Shown here piece by piece: positions 1 through 8,830 of a stretch of 32,379 bases of DNA. Source of the stretch: an uncultured Planctomycetota bacterium (GTDB lineage Bacteria; Planctomycetota; Phycisphaerae; SM23-33); assembly GCA_903892515.1 (NCBI GenBank), contig CAITIS010000085.1, forward strand, positions 1-32,379, written 5' to 3'. Positions within the stretch are counted from its first letter, which is position 1, and each line of letters begins with the position of its first letter. The position numbers and the translations under genes are program-made. Below the pieces are notes generated by a model. That model ran no database searches, was not told the DNA's origin, and was given only the letters and a program-made list of their open reading frames with translations.

Positions 1-207
1 CGTTCGCCATCTCCGGCGTGGTCATGCTGGCGATCCCGCTGACGATCATCGGCATCATGCCGGGCTTCTGGCTGCTATCCAAGCTCACTGGCGGGCACAT
101 CGGCCTCTACGCCAACCCGGTCTTCTTCACCGCCACCGCCATGATCGGCATGATCGCGCTGGCGGGCATCGTGACGCGTAGCTCGATCATCCTGGTGGAC
201 TTCATCC
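1..207. repeat. Direct repeat copy A (~205 bp, RND coding segment); copy B is at 3023-3228
   Basis: Nucleotides 1-207 are ~97% identical to 3023-3228. All ~7 mismatches are synonymous in the RND reading frame. Confidence 0.85.
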
Positions 208-473
208 ACCTGTCACTGTCGCGCGGACGGAGCCTGTTTGACGCCATCATGGAGAGCAGTGTCGTCCGCCTCCGGCCGATTCTGCTGACGGCGGCCACAG
301 CCATGCTCTCAGCCGTGCCCATCACCACCGACCCGGTCTTCTCGGGCCTGGCCTGGGCGCTGATCTTCGGTCTGCTGGCCTCGACGGCCTTCACACTCTT
401 CGTGATTCCGGTGGTGTACTACCTGATCTATGCCAATAAGCCCGGCCATGGGCTGGCGAAGATGGAAGAATAG
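1..473 (+). CDS. RND (AcrB/CzcA-type) efflux transporter permease, C-terminal end; 5'-partial at window edge
   Basis: In-frame from nt 3 to the stop at 471-473. The translation (AIPLTIIGIMPGFWLL...PILLTAATAML...LFVIPVVYYLI) has the hydrophobic pattern of the last TM helices of RND permeases (TM10-12 of AcrB). Confidence 0.75.
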   Translation, partial: FAISGVVMLAIPLTIIGIMPGFWLLSKLTGGHIGLYANPVFFTATAMIGMIALAGIVTRSSIILVDFIHLSLSRGRSLFDAIMESSVVRLRPILLTAATAMLSAVPITTDPVFSGLAWALIFGLLASTAFTLFVIPVVYYLIYANKPGHGLAKMEE

Positions 474-928
474 CTACAGGTTGGCATCTCGCCGGCCTGA
501 TGACGTTGCGGGCGGTGCTCCCGGCTTGATGGAGCTGTGGCTGAAGGCCAGCCACCCCGCTACTTGATGCTCAGGTTGCTGCTCGAAGGCGTTTGCTGCG
601 CCGAACAGAGCCGCCGACGGAGCCGTTCTCGTCGGCCAACGCTTTGGTAATCGCATCAACTCTCGCATGAACAACTCCGATCAGCGTGTTCGGGAATCCA
701 TCCCGTGCTCACAGCGGCCCAGCCATGCTCAGGTCGTACCAGTTGCGGTACTGCTCGCACGATCTGCATTCGCCCCACGGCGTCGCGTCAACGCTCACGT
801 TGCGGTTGGAGATGCCGGTGCCGTTGCTCTTGCCATGCCAGCGATCGTCCTTCTCAGGATCAAGTACTCATGGTACAATCGTTCTTGGTGTCTCAGGCGT
901 TCTTCGCGTCTGGGCAAAGGGAGCAGCC

Positions 929-2797
929 ATGAAGCGTGCCATCATCTCTCTACTGGCTTTTTCATTTCTTTGCGCCGCCCCGGCCAACGCCCTCATGCCG
1001 CTGCAGTACCTGGCACTGCATTGGCAGGACGGCAACATGATGAGTTCCTCCTCCGTCAGCGCCGGCCAGACGATCATCAACACAATGGCAGCCAACGGTT
1101 ACAACACGTTTATCCAGGAGGACTGGCGGTGGGAGTGGTACTGGACGGACCCGTACAACAGGGCCCAGTGGCTGGCCAATGCCCAGACGATCCGCAACCT
1201 GTGCGCGGCCAAGAAGATGATCTACCTGCCATGCGTCGCGGCCATGGGCAATGACGCATCAGTCTTGACGTTCATCAACCGGAACTTAGCCGAGGGCTTT
1301 CTCTCCAAGAACGTGCCGATGTACGTTCACAATGGGCAGATCGTTCCGGTCCTGAACGATGCGACCAACGGGGACCTCGCGAGCCTGCCCTTCGTCTCCA
1401 CATTTGACGCCGTCAACGGAAACGGCATCCCCACAGGCTGGACCTGGATCGACATGCCAGGGACGATGACCTCGCTGGACACCCCCGGGCGTGACGGCGC
1501 CGGTAAATGCCTCAAGATGTGCAACGTCAGCGCGCAAAACGGCATGTGCCGCGTCATGAAGACTATGACCGGCCTGCAGCCCTACCGGCCGTATCACATC
1601 CGGATGTGGATAAAGACGTCGAACTTCAACACCCCTAATTCCTTCTGTTGCAAGGTGGGAGCGACAGATGGCACTTCGCTCCAGATGGCCGACGTCGTTG
1701 ACGCCAATTGGACCTCTCTGGCAAGCACCCAGGGCTGGACGCAATATGACTTCATCTTCAACACCTGCGAATACACGCAAGTCACCCTGTACATCGGCTG
1801 CTGGGGCGGCAGCGGGACGACCAGCAACATTCTCTGGCTCGACGACGTCAGCATCGAACCGCTGGGCTTCTCCAACCCGGTGCGCCGGCCGGGCATGATG
1901 CCCAGTGTCACCAGCGTGGACGGCAAGACGCTGTACATCGAAGGCAAGGACTACAGCACGATCGGCTACCCGGACAACCAGTCCTCGCCCAACCCCGCTA
2001 ACATCTGGAGTCAGCCGCAGATTGTCACCGCCCTGCCCGGCGGGCGGCTGACCGAGAACTCACAGGTGAGGGTGACGTATCACCACACGCAGTCGGTTCT
2101 CTTCTGGGGGGAGATCTGCCCGTGCCTGGCCAATCCCGCTCTGTACGACGAGATCGCCACGGCCATGCACCAGATTCACACGGACTTCAACCCAAGCGGC
2201 TACTTCTTCAACCACGATGAGATGCGTGAGGGCGGACGCGACGAAAGCTGCCTGCGGACCGGCAAGACCCCGGGGGAACTGCTGGCCGATAACATCCGCC
2301 GCTGCCAGAACATGGCCCGCAAGGAGATCGCCCCCAGCAGCCCGGGCAACGGATTCCGCTTTCCGATCATGATGGTCTGGAACGACATGTTCGACAAATA
2401 CCACAACGCCGCCACCACCGGCGGATATTATCTGGTTCGCGGCGCCAACGGCCCGTGGCAGAACTCCTGGCAGGGCCTCGCGCCCGACCTGATCATCTTC
2501 AACTGGAATGCCGGCAGCGCCAACAGCCAGAAGTGGTTCTCGGGCAATTCCAACGTCTCGGGCGATAAGGCCCTCCAGCCCGTGCCCTGCAAGCAGATCC
2601 TCTCCTGCGAAGGCACCAGCCCAACCAGCGTCGATGGCCCGCTCACCACGGCCGCCACGATCACAAATCCCGACGGCTCCTACGGTGTCGTCGGCGTGTG
2701 CTACACGACCTGGGGCGGCTCCTATACCATCGCCCAGATCGCCAACTTCGCCACCGAGGTCAAGAAGTACTGCACGCTGCCGCCGACGCTGCCATAA
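929..2797 (+). CDS. Secreted protein of unknown function (622 aa), N-terminal signal peptide
   Basis: ATG at 929 is preceded by AAAGGGAG and is in frame with the 686-2797 ORF. The N-terminus MKRAIISLLAFSFLCAAPANA is a typical Sec signal (positive n-region, hydrophobic core, ANA cleavage motif). The protein is Trp/Cys-rich and I do not recognise its family. Confidence 0.7.
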   Translation: MKRAIISLLAFSFLCAAPANALMPLQYLALHWQDGNMMSSSSVSAGQTIINTMAANGYNTFIQEDWRWEWYWTDPYNRAQWLANAQTIRNLCAAKKMIYLPCVAAMGNDASVLTFINRNLAEGFLSKNVPMYVHNGQIVPVLNDATNGDLASLPFVSTFDAVNGNGIPTGWTWIDMPGTMTSLDTPGRDGAGKCLKMCNVSAQNGMCRVMKTMTGLQPYRPYHIRMWIKTSNFNTPNSFCCKVGATDGTSLQMADVVDANWTSLASTQGWTQYDFIFNTCEYTQVTLYIGCWGGSGTTSNILWLDDVSIEPLGFSNPVRRPGMMPSVTSVDGKTLYIEGKDYSTIGYPDNQSSPNPANIWSQPQIVTALPGGRLTENSQVRVTYHHTQSVLFWGEICPCLANPALYDEIATAMHQIHTDFNPSGYFFNHDEMREGGRDESCLRTGKTPGELLADNIRRCQNMARKEIAPSSPGNGFRFPIMMVWNDMFDKYHNAATTGGYYLVRGANGPWQNSWQGLAPDLIIFNWNAGSANSQKWFSGNSNVSGDKALQPVPCKQILSCEGTSPTSVDGPLTTAATITNPDGSYGVVGVCYTTWGGSYTIAQIANFATEVKKYCTLPPTLP

Positions 2798-2849
2798 GAA
2801 CGTCGGCAATGGCTGGGTCTCAACGGCCGCTGAGCGCCCGCCGGTTTCG

Positions 2850-3227
2850 CGCACATTCATCAGCGACGGTGGCGGCGTGGCATGGTCAGTGCCGCGCGAT
2901 ATCCGCGCGAGTTTCGGCGGCGAAGGCGAGTGGCAGCTCACGCTGGATGTCTTCCGCGACATGGGCCTGGCCTTTGCGGCCGCCCTGGTGGCTATCTACA
3001 TCCTGCTGGTGGGCCAGACGCGGTCGTTCGCCATCTCGGGCGTGGTCATGCTGGCGATCCCGCTGACGATCATCGGCATCATGCCGGGCTTCTGGCTGCT
3101 GAGCAAGCTAACCGGCGGGCACATCGGCCTCTACGCCAACCCGGTCTTCTTCACCGCCACCGCCATGATCGGCATGATCGCGCTGGCGGGCATCGTGACG
3201 CGTAGCTCGATCATCCTGGTGGACTGA
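2850..3227 (+). pseudogene. Truncated fragment of an RND efflux permease gene; carries direct repeat copy B and ends prematurely
   Basis: The translation (ASFGGEGEWQLTLDVFRDMGLAFAAALVAIYILLVGQTRSFAISGVVMLAIPLTIIG...SIILVD*) matches the TM10 region of RND permeases and extends ~140 bp upstream of what copy A shows. Similarity stops abruptly at 3228, where the frame hits TGA. There is no upstream RND body; the fragment starts right after the 929-2797 gene. Confidence 0.6.
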
Positions 3228-3228
3228 A
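3023..3228. repeat. Direct repeat copy B (see 1-207)
   Basis: Near-identical to 1-207. Similarity ends at 3228 (copy A continues ttcatccacctg, copy B continues tgaagtgcgtatg). Confidence 0.85.
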
Positions 3229-3738
3229 GTGCGTATGAACAACGACCCGGACGAGAGGGCCTGGCATCCGCAGATCGTGGCGACCGACAACGGCGGGGTC
3301 TGCCTGATCTACGAAAAGGGCCTGCGATTTGATCCCAGCACCAAGACCTGGTCGGGCGACTCGGCGATGTATGCCAGGGTTTCAACGAATAGCGGAGAAA
3401 CCTGGGGCCCGGCCCGGCGGATCAGTTCCATCAACGCCCCTAACGGGCGGGCGACGCACGCCAAGAGCTTCGTCTGTGGCCGGCGGATTCACCTCGTTTG
3501 GGGCGACGTCCCGGAAGGTGCGACTCTGCCGAAGCATGCCGGCTACTACGTGACCTCTCCCGACGGGGGCGTGACCTGGAGCGAGCCGGAGCGAGTGTGT
3601 GCGCAGTGGGATGACGCTGCCCCGTGCGCGGTGGTCGGAACGGACACCCGGGCGGTCGTTCTGCTGGCTCATGGCGCCATTTACGCGACGGTCCGCACGA
3701 AACTCCCGGAGCCGCCGGCCGCCAAGCCAGCCGCATAA
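3229..3738 (+). pseudogene. 5'-truncated BNR/Asp-box repeat (sialidase-like glycosyl hydrolase) gene fragment
   Basis: The translation contains two Asp-box motifs (STNSGETW, SPDGGVTW) typical of BNR beta-propeller sialidase-like proteins. It is only 169 aa, begins exactly at the repeat B junction, and has no convincing RBS or start codon. Confidence 0.45.
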
Positions 3739-3882
3739 GTGGCGTGAGTGACTACCGAAGGGAAAGATTCAGATGGCCGCCACTTGTAAGAGTAGCCGCT
3801 GGTGGCCGACCTACAAGTTCATGCGTTTGGCTCCTCTTGGGCGCGTCCGGCGAAATCACACTTGTGCCAGGTGGCGTCTTGC

Positions 3883-5043
3883 CTAGAAATGTCCACCTCT
3901 GCCGAGTTGGCGGGCTTCTTTCCTTGCGGCCTTGCCAGGTGCCCGAAAGCTCCCCTGCCAATTGTCCGGCAGAGGGTCCGTGGAAATCCAGGGGGGGATG
4001 CTGATCCGGAAGTATGTAGCAAGAGCCTGCAAGTATGGCTCGTACATCGCATTCATCTCCCGCAGCTTCTGGTCGGCTGCTTCGCCCTCGTCAACGATGA
4101 CCCCCGCCCTCGCCAATGTGGTCCGCAGTCGGGCCAGCGTTTCGGGTGGGAGGCGGTCGTGTTCCGGCTGTCGCGGCGGAGTCCGAAAGATCACGCAGAG
4201 GTCTACCACCGCGTGGCGAGCCATGGCGAAGGTGAGTTCCGCCTGGCGTTTGCACGGTCTGGCAGGTCCGGCCATTAGGAACGCGCAGCTGTCGAGGACT
4301 GCCGTCAATGCCGCCAGCCACGATTCGTTGTCATGCTGCGAACGAAAGTACGCGAGGATGGGATAAGAGAGGTGCCCTTCGAGAAACTCCGCCGACCATT
4401 GCTCCCATTCGTAGAGGAGTTGCCGCAGCGCCTCCATTCCGCCGTCGTGGCTGTGCCGGCGGAGCATCTCCGCAGCGGTGGGCGGTGAGCCGGCGCGGGC
4501 ATCCAGCAGAGAGATGCTCATCTCGCGCCGTCCGAAAGACTGGTTGAGGGGTGGGAGGTAAGCGATCACCAGAGCGAGGAAGGCAAACCCCATCCCCGAT
4601 TCACATACCACGAGGATGTGGTCCCAAGAGCCCCGGGGCACAACGTCACCCAGCCCGAGCGTGAAGAACGTGGTGCCGCTGAGATACAGGTCGGTGAGAA
4701 ATCCGTAGCTGCCGTCGCGGGCGAGAAAGGCCGAGCCGGCTGCCCAGTGCAGCAGGGCGAAGCCTACGATCAGCCCGGCGGCCCAGATGGTCAGGAGCAA
4801 CAGGATCGACAGCGGCCCGAATACGCTCAGCCAGGTTTCCTGCCACCTCGCCGGAACGATCGATTCAACCATTTTCGTCCAGGCATGCCAGGTGTTGCGG
4901 TAGAACAGGCGGGTAAGTCGAAATCGGCGGGTCACGCGCCGGGGCAGGACGATGGTCTCGAAGCCTTCCCACAGAACCGCCGCGATCAGACCGATGCCAC
5001 ATAAGGTCGCGATGATCGGCACGGGCTCTCCCTTCAATGTCAC
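3883..5043 (-). CDS. Ion-channel family membrane protein (potassium-channel-like pore, filter-like TLGLGD) with a ~250-aa cytoplasmic C-terminal domain
   Basis: Minus-strand ORF 3883-5253. Hydrophobic helices flank FFTLGLGDVVP, which resembles a K+ channel selectivity filter (T-x-G-[YFL]-G-D). The start is uncertain: GTG at 5043 (GGGAG 7 nt upstream) is preferred over the far-upstream ATG at 5253; ATG at 4872 is an alternative. Confidence 0.5.
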   Translation of the reverse strand: MTLKGEPVPIIATLCGIGLIAAVLWEGFETIVLPRRVTRRFRLTRLFYRNTWHAWTKMVESIVPARWQETWLSVFGPLSILLLLTIWAAGLIVGFALLHWAAGSAFLARDGSYGFLTDLYLSGTTFFTLGLGDVVPRGSWDHILVVCESGMGFAFLALVIAYLPPLNQSFGRREMSISLLDARAGSPPTAAEMLRRHSHDGGMEALRQLLYEWEQWSAEFLEGHLSYPILAYFRSQHDNESWLAALTAVLDSCAFLMAGPARPCKRQAELTFAMARHAVVDLCVIFRTPPRQPEHDRLPPETLARLRTTLARAGVIVDEGEAADQKLREMNAMYEPYLQALATYFRISIPPWISTDPLPDNWQGSFRAPGKAARKEARQLGRGGHF

Positions 5044-5274
5044 ACCGCGGACTCCCGGAGAAGGTTCTCGATCTTGGCATCCAGATTTCGAGCGACCACC
5101 AGAGCCTCCGAACCTATGTCTGGGCCTTGCCGCCGGTGGCCATTCTTGATGCAATTCTAGGCCGGAGGCAGAGATGGAATCTCCGCAGGGAAACGCACGG
5201 ACCGACCTGCAGCGGCCCAATCGCCTAAAATGGCTTGTGGAGATGACAGGCAAGCGGTTTCGAGGTAGACGGCC

Positions 5275-6003
5275 ATGAGCAGCCCACAGAAGACAGCCAT
5301 CGTGACGGGAGCGTCTCAGGGGATCGGGGCGGGAATCGTGAAGGCGTTCGTCGAACGGGGTTTCAACGTCGTCGCCAATTCCCGGAAGATGACCCAGTCC
5401 ACCGAGGTCGCGGCCTCCAACCAGGTGGCTCTGTTAGACGGTGACATCGGCGAACCGGCAACTGCCGCCAATATCGTCGAGACGGCGATGGCCCGGTTTG
5501 GCGCCATCGACGTGCTGGTCAATAACGCCGGCGTCTTCTTCACCAAGCCGTTCACGGAGTACACGGCCCAGGACTTCAAGTCCATCATCTCGACGAACAT
5601 CGATGGCTTCCTATATGTCACCCAGCTCTCCATCAAGCAGATGTTAGCGCAGAAGAGCGGCGGGAACATCGTCACGATCACGGCCGCGCTTGCTCGCAAC
5701 CCGATCCGAGGCGTCGCGGCGGCGGTGCCGATGCTCACCAAGGGCGGTCTTGAAACGATCACCCAACACCTGGCGCTGGAGTACGCCAAAGACGGCATCC
5801 GCGTGAACGCCGTCGCGCCGGGGGCCGTCTACACGCCGCTTCACACGGATACTCCCAAGGACGTGATGGAGGGCCTCTCGCCGATGGGTATGCCTTCGAC
5901 GGTCAAGGACATCGCCGACGCAGTCATGTATCTGATCGATGCCGTGACGGTCACTGGCCACATCTTGTACGTTGACGGCGGCGCTCATTTCGGCCGGTGG
6001 TAA
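5275..6003 (+). CDS. Short-chain dehydrogenase/reductase (SDR) family oxidoreductase
   Basis: N-terminal TGASQGIGAGI Rossmann motif (TGxxxGIG), NNAG motif, and an ...YxxxK-like catalytic region; 242 aa is typical of classical SDRs. Confidence 0.85.
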   Translation: MSSPQKTAIVTGASQGIGAGIVKAFVERGFNVVANSRKMTQSTEVAASNQVALLDGDIGEPATAANIVETAMARFGAIDVLVNNAGVFFTKPFTEYTAQDFKSIISTNIDGFLYVTQLSIKQMLAQKSGGNIVTITAALARNPIRGVAAAVPMLTKGGLETITQHLALEYAKDGIRVNAVAPGAVYTPLHTDTPKDVMEGLSPMGMPSTVKDIADAVMYLIDAVTVTGHILYVDGGAHFGRW

Positions 6004-6291
6004 GCAAGCGGAGCCCCTGACTGTATGGAGCTTCGTCACATCCTCTGAGAGGAACTCGCGGCGATGAATGCCACAGGCATTCACATCGACCAGGCCTGCC
6101 ACAGACACTGCAAGGGCAACTGCTTGGGCGTTCTGGCCACGGCGCGACTTGATTTTCCGTAGTGCCGCTTCCTAGCCTTGGTGAGGCGAGAGTTGTGGCC
6201 TCGTTCAGAATCGCGATCTCTCGACCCATGTCTAGTGGGTCTGGCCACTTGACGACCGCAGATGAGGCCGATTCGGCGGAAGGAGCAGACG

Positions 6292-6546
6292 ATGTGCCTG
6301 GGCGTCCCCGGAAAGGTCACGCAAATCTATCGCGAGCATGACGTGCTGATGGGCGAGGTGGACTTCGGCGGCGTCACCAAGAACGTCTGCCTGGAGCATG
6401 TGCCGCAGGTGCGCATAGGCCAATACGTGATCGTTCATGTGGGGTTTGGCCTGTCAATCCTGGATGAAGCCGAGGCCAACCAGGTCTTCGCCTTCCTGGA
6501 AGGCATGAGGCAGGCCCAGGAGCCGGGCGTCCAGGAGGCGGTATGA
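6292..6546 (+). CDS. hypC: [NiFe]-hydrogenase maturation factor HypC/HupF
   Basis: Begins MCLGVPGKV, the invariant MC(L/I)(G/A)(L/V)P N-terminus of HypC. AAGGAG lies 8 nt upstream. The in-frame ATG at 6262 would add 10 residues before the essential Cys2, so it is rejected. The stop overlaps the hypD start (ATGA). Confidence 0.85.
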   Translation: MCLGVPGKVTQIYREHDVLMGEVDFGGVTKNVCLEHVPQVRIGQYVIVHVGFGLSILDEAEANQVFAFLEGMRQAQEPGVQEAV

Positions 6547-7697
6547 AGTTCCTGGAGGAATACCGTGATCCGGCCGCGGCCAAGAAGCTCCGACGCGCCA
6601 TCCAAGCCGCCACCACCAAGCCGTGGACGATTATGGAAGTCTGCGGCGGGCAGACGCACACCATCGTGAAGTATGGGCTCGAAGAACTCCTGCCGCAGGG
6701 CATCGAGTTGCTGCACGGGCCGGGGTGCCCCGTCTGCGTCACCCCCTTGGAGATGATCGACAAGGCCATCCGAATCGCCTCGCAGCCTGACGTGATCTTC
6801 TGCTCATTCGGGGACATGATCCGCGTGCCGGGCAGCCATCGCGACCTTTCTGCCGTCAAGGCCGCCGGCGGCGATGTCCGCATCGTCTACTCGCCGCTGG
6901 ACAGCCTGCAGATCGCCCAGGAGCATCCCGACAAGTCGGTAGTGTTCTTTGCGGTGGGCTTTGAGACGACCGCGCCGGCCAACGCCATGGCGGTGTGGCA
7001 GGCCAAGCGGCGAGGGCTGGAGAACTTCTCCATGCTGGTCTCGCAAGTGCTGGTCCCCCCTGCCATGACGGCGATTCTCTCATCCCCGAGCCATCGCGTG
7101 CAAGGCTTCCTGGCGGCTGGGCATGTCTGCGCGGTCATGGGTTATGAGGAGTACATCCCGCTGGCCCAGCGTTTCAACGTGCCGATCGTGGTGACCGGCT
7201 TTGAGCCGCTGGACTTGCTCGAAGGCATTTATCGCTGCATTTGCATGCTGGAGGCAGGCCGCTCGGGCGTGGAGAACCAGTACTCGCGCGTCGTAAGCCG
7301 CCCAGGCAACCTGCCGGCGCGGCGGTTGATCGAGGACGTATTCGAGGTCACCGACCGCACTTGGCGCGGAATCGGCATGATCCCCCGCAGCGGCCTGGGG
7401 CTGGCGCCCTCCTACGCCCGCTTCGACGCCGAGCGGCGGTTCGATCTGTCGGATATACACGTTTGCGAGTCACCGGCCTGCATCAGTGGGCAAATCCTCC
7501 AAGGGCTGAAGAAGCCGCGTGAATGTCCAGCCTTTGGCCGGCAGTGCACGCCCCGCACGCCGCTGGGGGCGACCATGGTCTCAGGCGAGGGCGCTTGCGC
7601 CGCCTATTACCACTACAGCCCACCCTCGGACTGCCTGGCATGTCGGCTGGCCCCAGGCGCCGCCGACGGCGGACGAACTGGCTGTAAGCCCGCCTAG
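6543..7697 (+). CDS. hypD: [NiFe]-hydrogenase maturation factor HypD
   Basis: CGGQTH and GPGCPVCV motifs, a C-terminal Cys cluster (CPAFGRQC...GACAAYY), 384 aa. Confidence 0.9.
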   Translation: MKFLEEYRDPAAAKKLRRAIQAATTKPWTIMEVCGGQTHTIVKYGLEELLPQGIELLHGPGCPVCVTPLEMIDKAIRIASQPDVIFCSFGDMIRVPGSHRDLSAVKAAGGDVRIVYSPLDSLQIAQEHPDKSVVFFAVGFETTAPANAMAVWQAKRRGLENFSMLVSQVLVPPAMTAILSSPSHRVQGFLAAGHVCAVMGYEEYIPLAQRFNVPIVVTGFEPLDLLEGIYRCICMLEAGRSGVENQYSRVVSRPGNLPARRLIEDVFEVTDRTWRGIGMIPRSGLGLAPSYARFDAERRFDLSDIHVCESPACISGQILQGLKKPRECPAFGRQCTPRTPLGATMVSGEGACAAYYHYSPPSDCLACRLAPGAADGGRTGCKPA

Positions 7698-7744
7698 AAT
7701 GCTTGGAAAGCTCCGTAATGACACCTCATTAGAAGGAGAACCTC

Positions 7745-8830
7745 ATGTCCGATGTGGCGACTATTCGGGCCAAGCGGCCTCCGGATGTAAAGGAGGTTCA
7801 CATCCTCTGGCTCACCGCCGGCCTGGGCTGCGACGGCGATTCCGTCTCGATCACGGCCGCAACTCTGCCGAGCATCGAGGACGTGGTGATGGGGGCGATT
7901 CCCGGCCTGCCCAAGGTGCACCTGCACAATGCCGTGCTGGCATACGAAGTTGGCGATGATTTCATGAAGTTCTTCCATCAAGCCGACGAGGACAAGCTCG
8001 GGCCGTTCGTGCTGGTGGTCGAGGGCTCGATCCCCAATGAGAAGGTCAAACAGCAGGGCTACTGGGCGGCCATGGGCACCGATGCCACAACTGGCCAACC
8101 TATCACCACATGCGCATGGATCGACCGGCTGGCGCCCAAGGCTGTGGCGGTCGTCGCGATCGGCACCTGCGCCACCTATGGCGGCATCCATGCCATGGCG
8201 GGCAATCCGACGGGCTGCATGGGCCTGGCCGACTATCTCGGCTGGAACTTCAAGTCCAAGGCCGGCATTCCGATCGTGAACGTGCCTGGCTGTCCGGTGC
8301 AACCTGACAACTTCATGGAAACCGTGCTGTACCTGCTGCACCAGGTGGCCGGGCTGGCCCCGATGATCCCGCTGGACAAGGAACTACGCCCCACCTGGCT
8401 GTTCAGCGCCCGCACCGTGCACGAGGGCTGCGACCGCGCCGGCTACTACGAGCAGAGCCAGTTTGCCAAGGAATATGGCCGGCCTGAGTGCCTGGTGAAG
8501 ATGGGCTGCTGGGGGCCGGTGGTTGACTGCAACGTCACCAAGCGGGGCTGGATGGACGGCATCGGCGGTTGCCCGAACGTCGGCGGCATCTGCATCGCCT
8601 GCACCATGCCCGGCTTCCCGGACAAGTTCATGCCCTTCATGGACAAACCACCCGGAGCGAACCTTTCCAGCACGGGCGTGGCGGCGTATGGCCATTTGAT
8701 CCACTGGCTGCGCAACATCACGCGGAGTTCGATGAACAAGGAACCCAAGTGGCGGCATAACCGCCCGGAATTGACCACCGGGTACAGGCCCACGACCTAC
8801 TCGCCATCGAATGAGAGGAGCCGTTCATGA
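7745..8830 (+). CDS. hhyS: [NiFe]-hydrogenase small subunit, no Tat signal (group 1h/5-type, HhyS-like)
   Basis: AAGGAG RBS. N-terminal CDGDS proximal-cluster Cys motif, GTCATYGG and a C-terminal Cys cluster (CWGPVVDC...CPNVGGICIAC). No RRxFxK twin-arginine leader. The stop overlaps the large-subunit start. Confidence 0.88.
   Translation: MSDVATIRAKRPPDVKEVHILWLTAGLGCDGDSVSITAATLPSIEDVVMGAIPGLPKVHLHNAVLAYEVGDDFMKFFHQADEDKLGPFVLVVEGSIPNEKVKQQGYWAAMGTDATTGQPITTCAWIDRLAPKAVAVVAIGTCATYGGIHAMAGNPTGCMGLADYLGWNFKSKAGIPIVNVPGCPVQPDNFMETVLYLLHQVAGLAPMIPLDKELRPTWLFSARTVHEGCDRAGYYEQSQFAKEYGRPECLVKMGCWGPVVDCNVTKRGWMDGIGGCPNVGGICIACTMPGFPDKFMPFMDKPPGANLSSTGVAAYGHLIHWLRNITRSSMNKEPKWRHNRPELTTGYRPTTYSPSNERSRS

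Noticed and set aside
686-928. Upstream in-frame extension of the secreted-protein ORF (start at 686)
   Set aside because: There is no RBS, and it would put ~80 residues before the signal peptide. ATG 929 with its SD and an immediately following Sec signal is much more plausible.
2060-2962. 300-aa minus-strand ORF, and several plus-strand ORFs (667-1254, 2508-2850 portion, 2698-3066), overlapping the secreted-protein gene
   Set aside because: These are alternative frames of a GC-rich coding region. The 929-2797 frame has the signal peptide and RBS. Only the 3' part of the 2508-3227 frame is real, as the RND fragment.
1-3228. Interpretation of the 205-bp direct repeats as insertion-sequence termini or a target-site duplication of a transposon carrying the secreted-protein gene
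   Set aside because: The repeats are protein-coding RND sequence with synonymous-only differences. 205 bp is too long for a TSD. No transposase or terminal inverted repeats are present.
6230-6262. Possible sigma-54 promoter (TGGCCACTTGACGACC) upstream of hypC
   Set aside because: The GG-N10-GC spacing does not fit: there are 13 nt between GG and GC, and no TTGCA -12 element.
6262-6291. N-terminal extension of hypC from the upstream in-frame ATG
   Set aside because: HypC function requires Cys as residue 2 after Met removal (MCLGVP). The AAGGAG RBS sits in front of the internal ATG at 6292.
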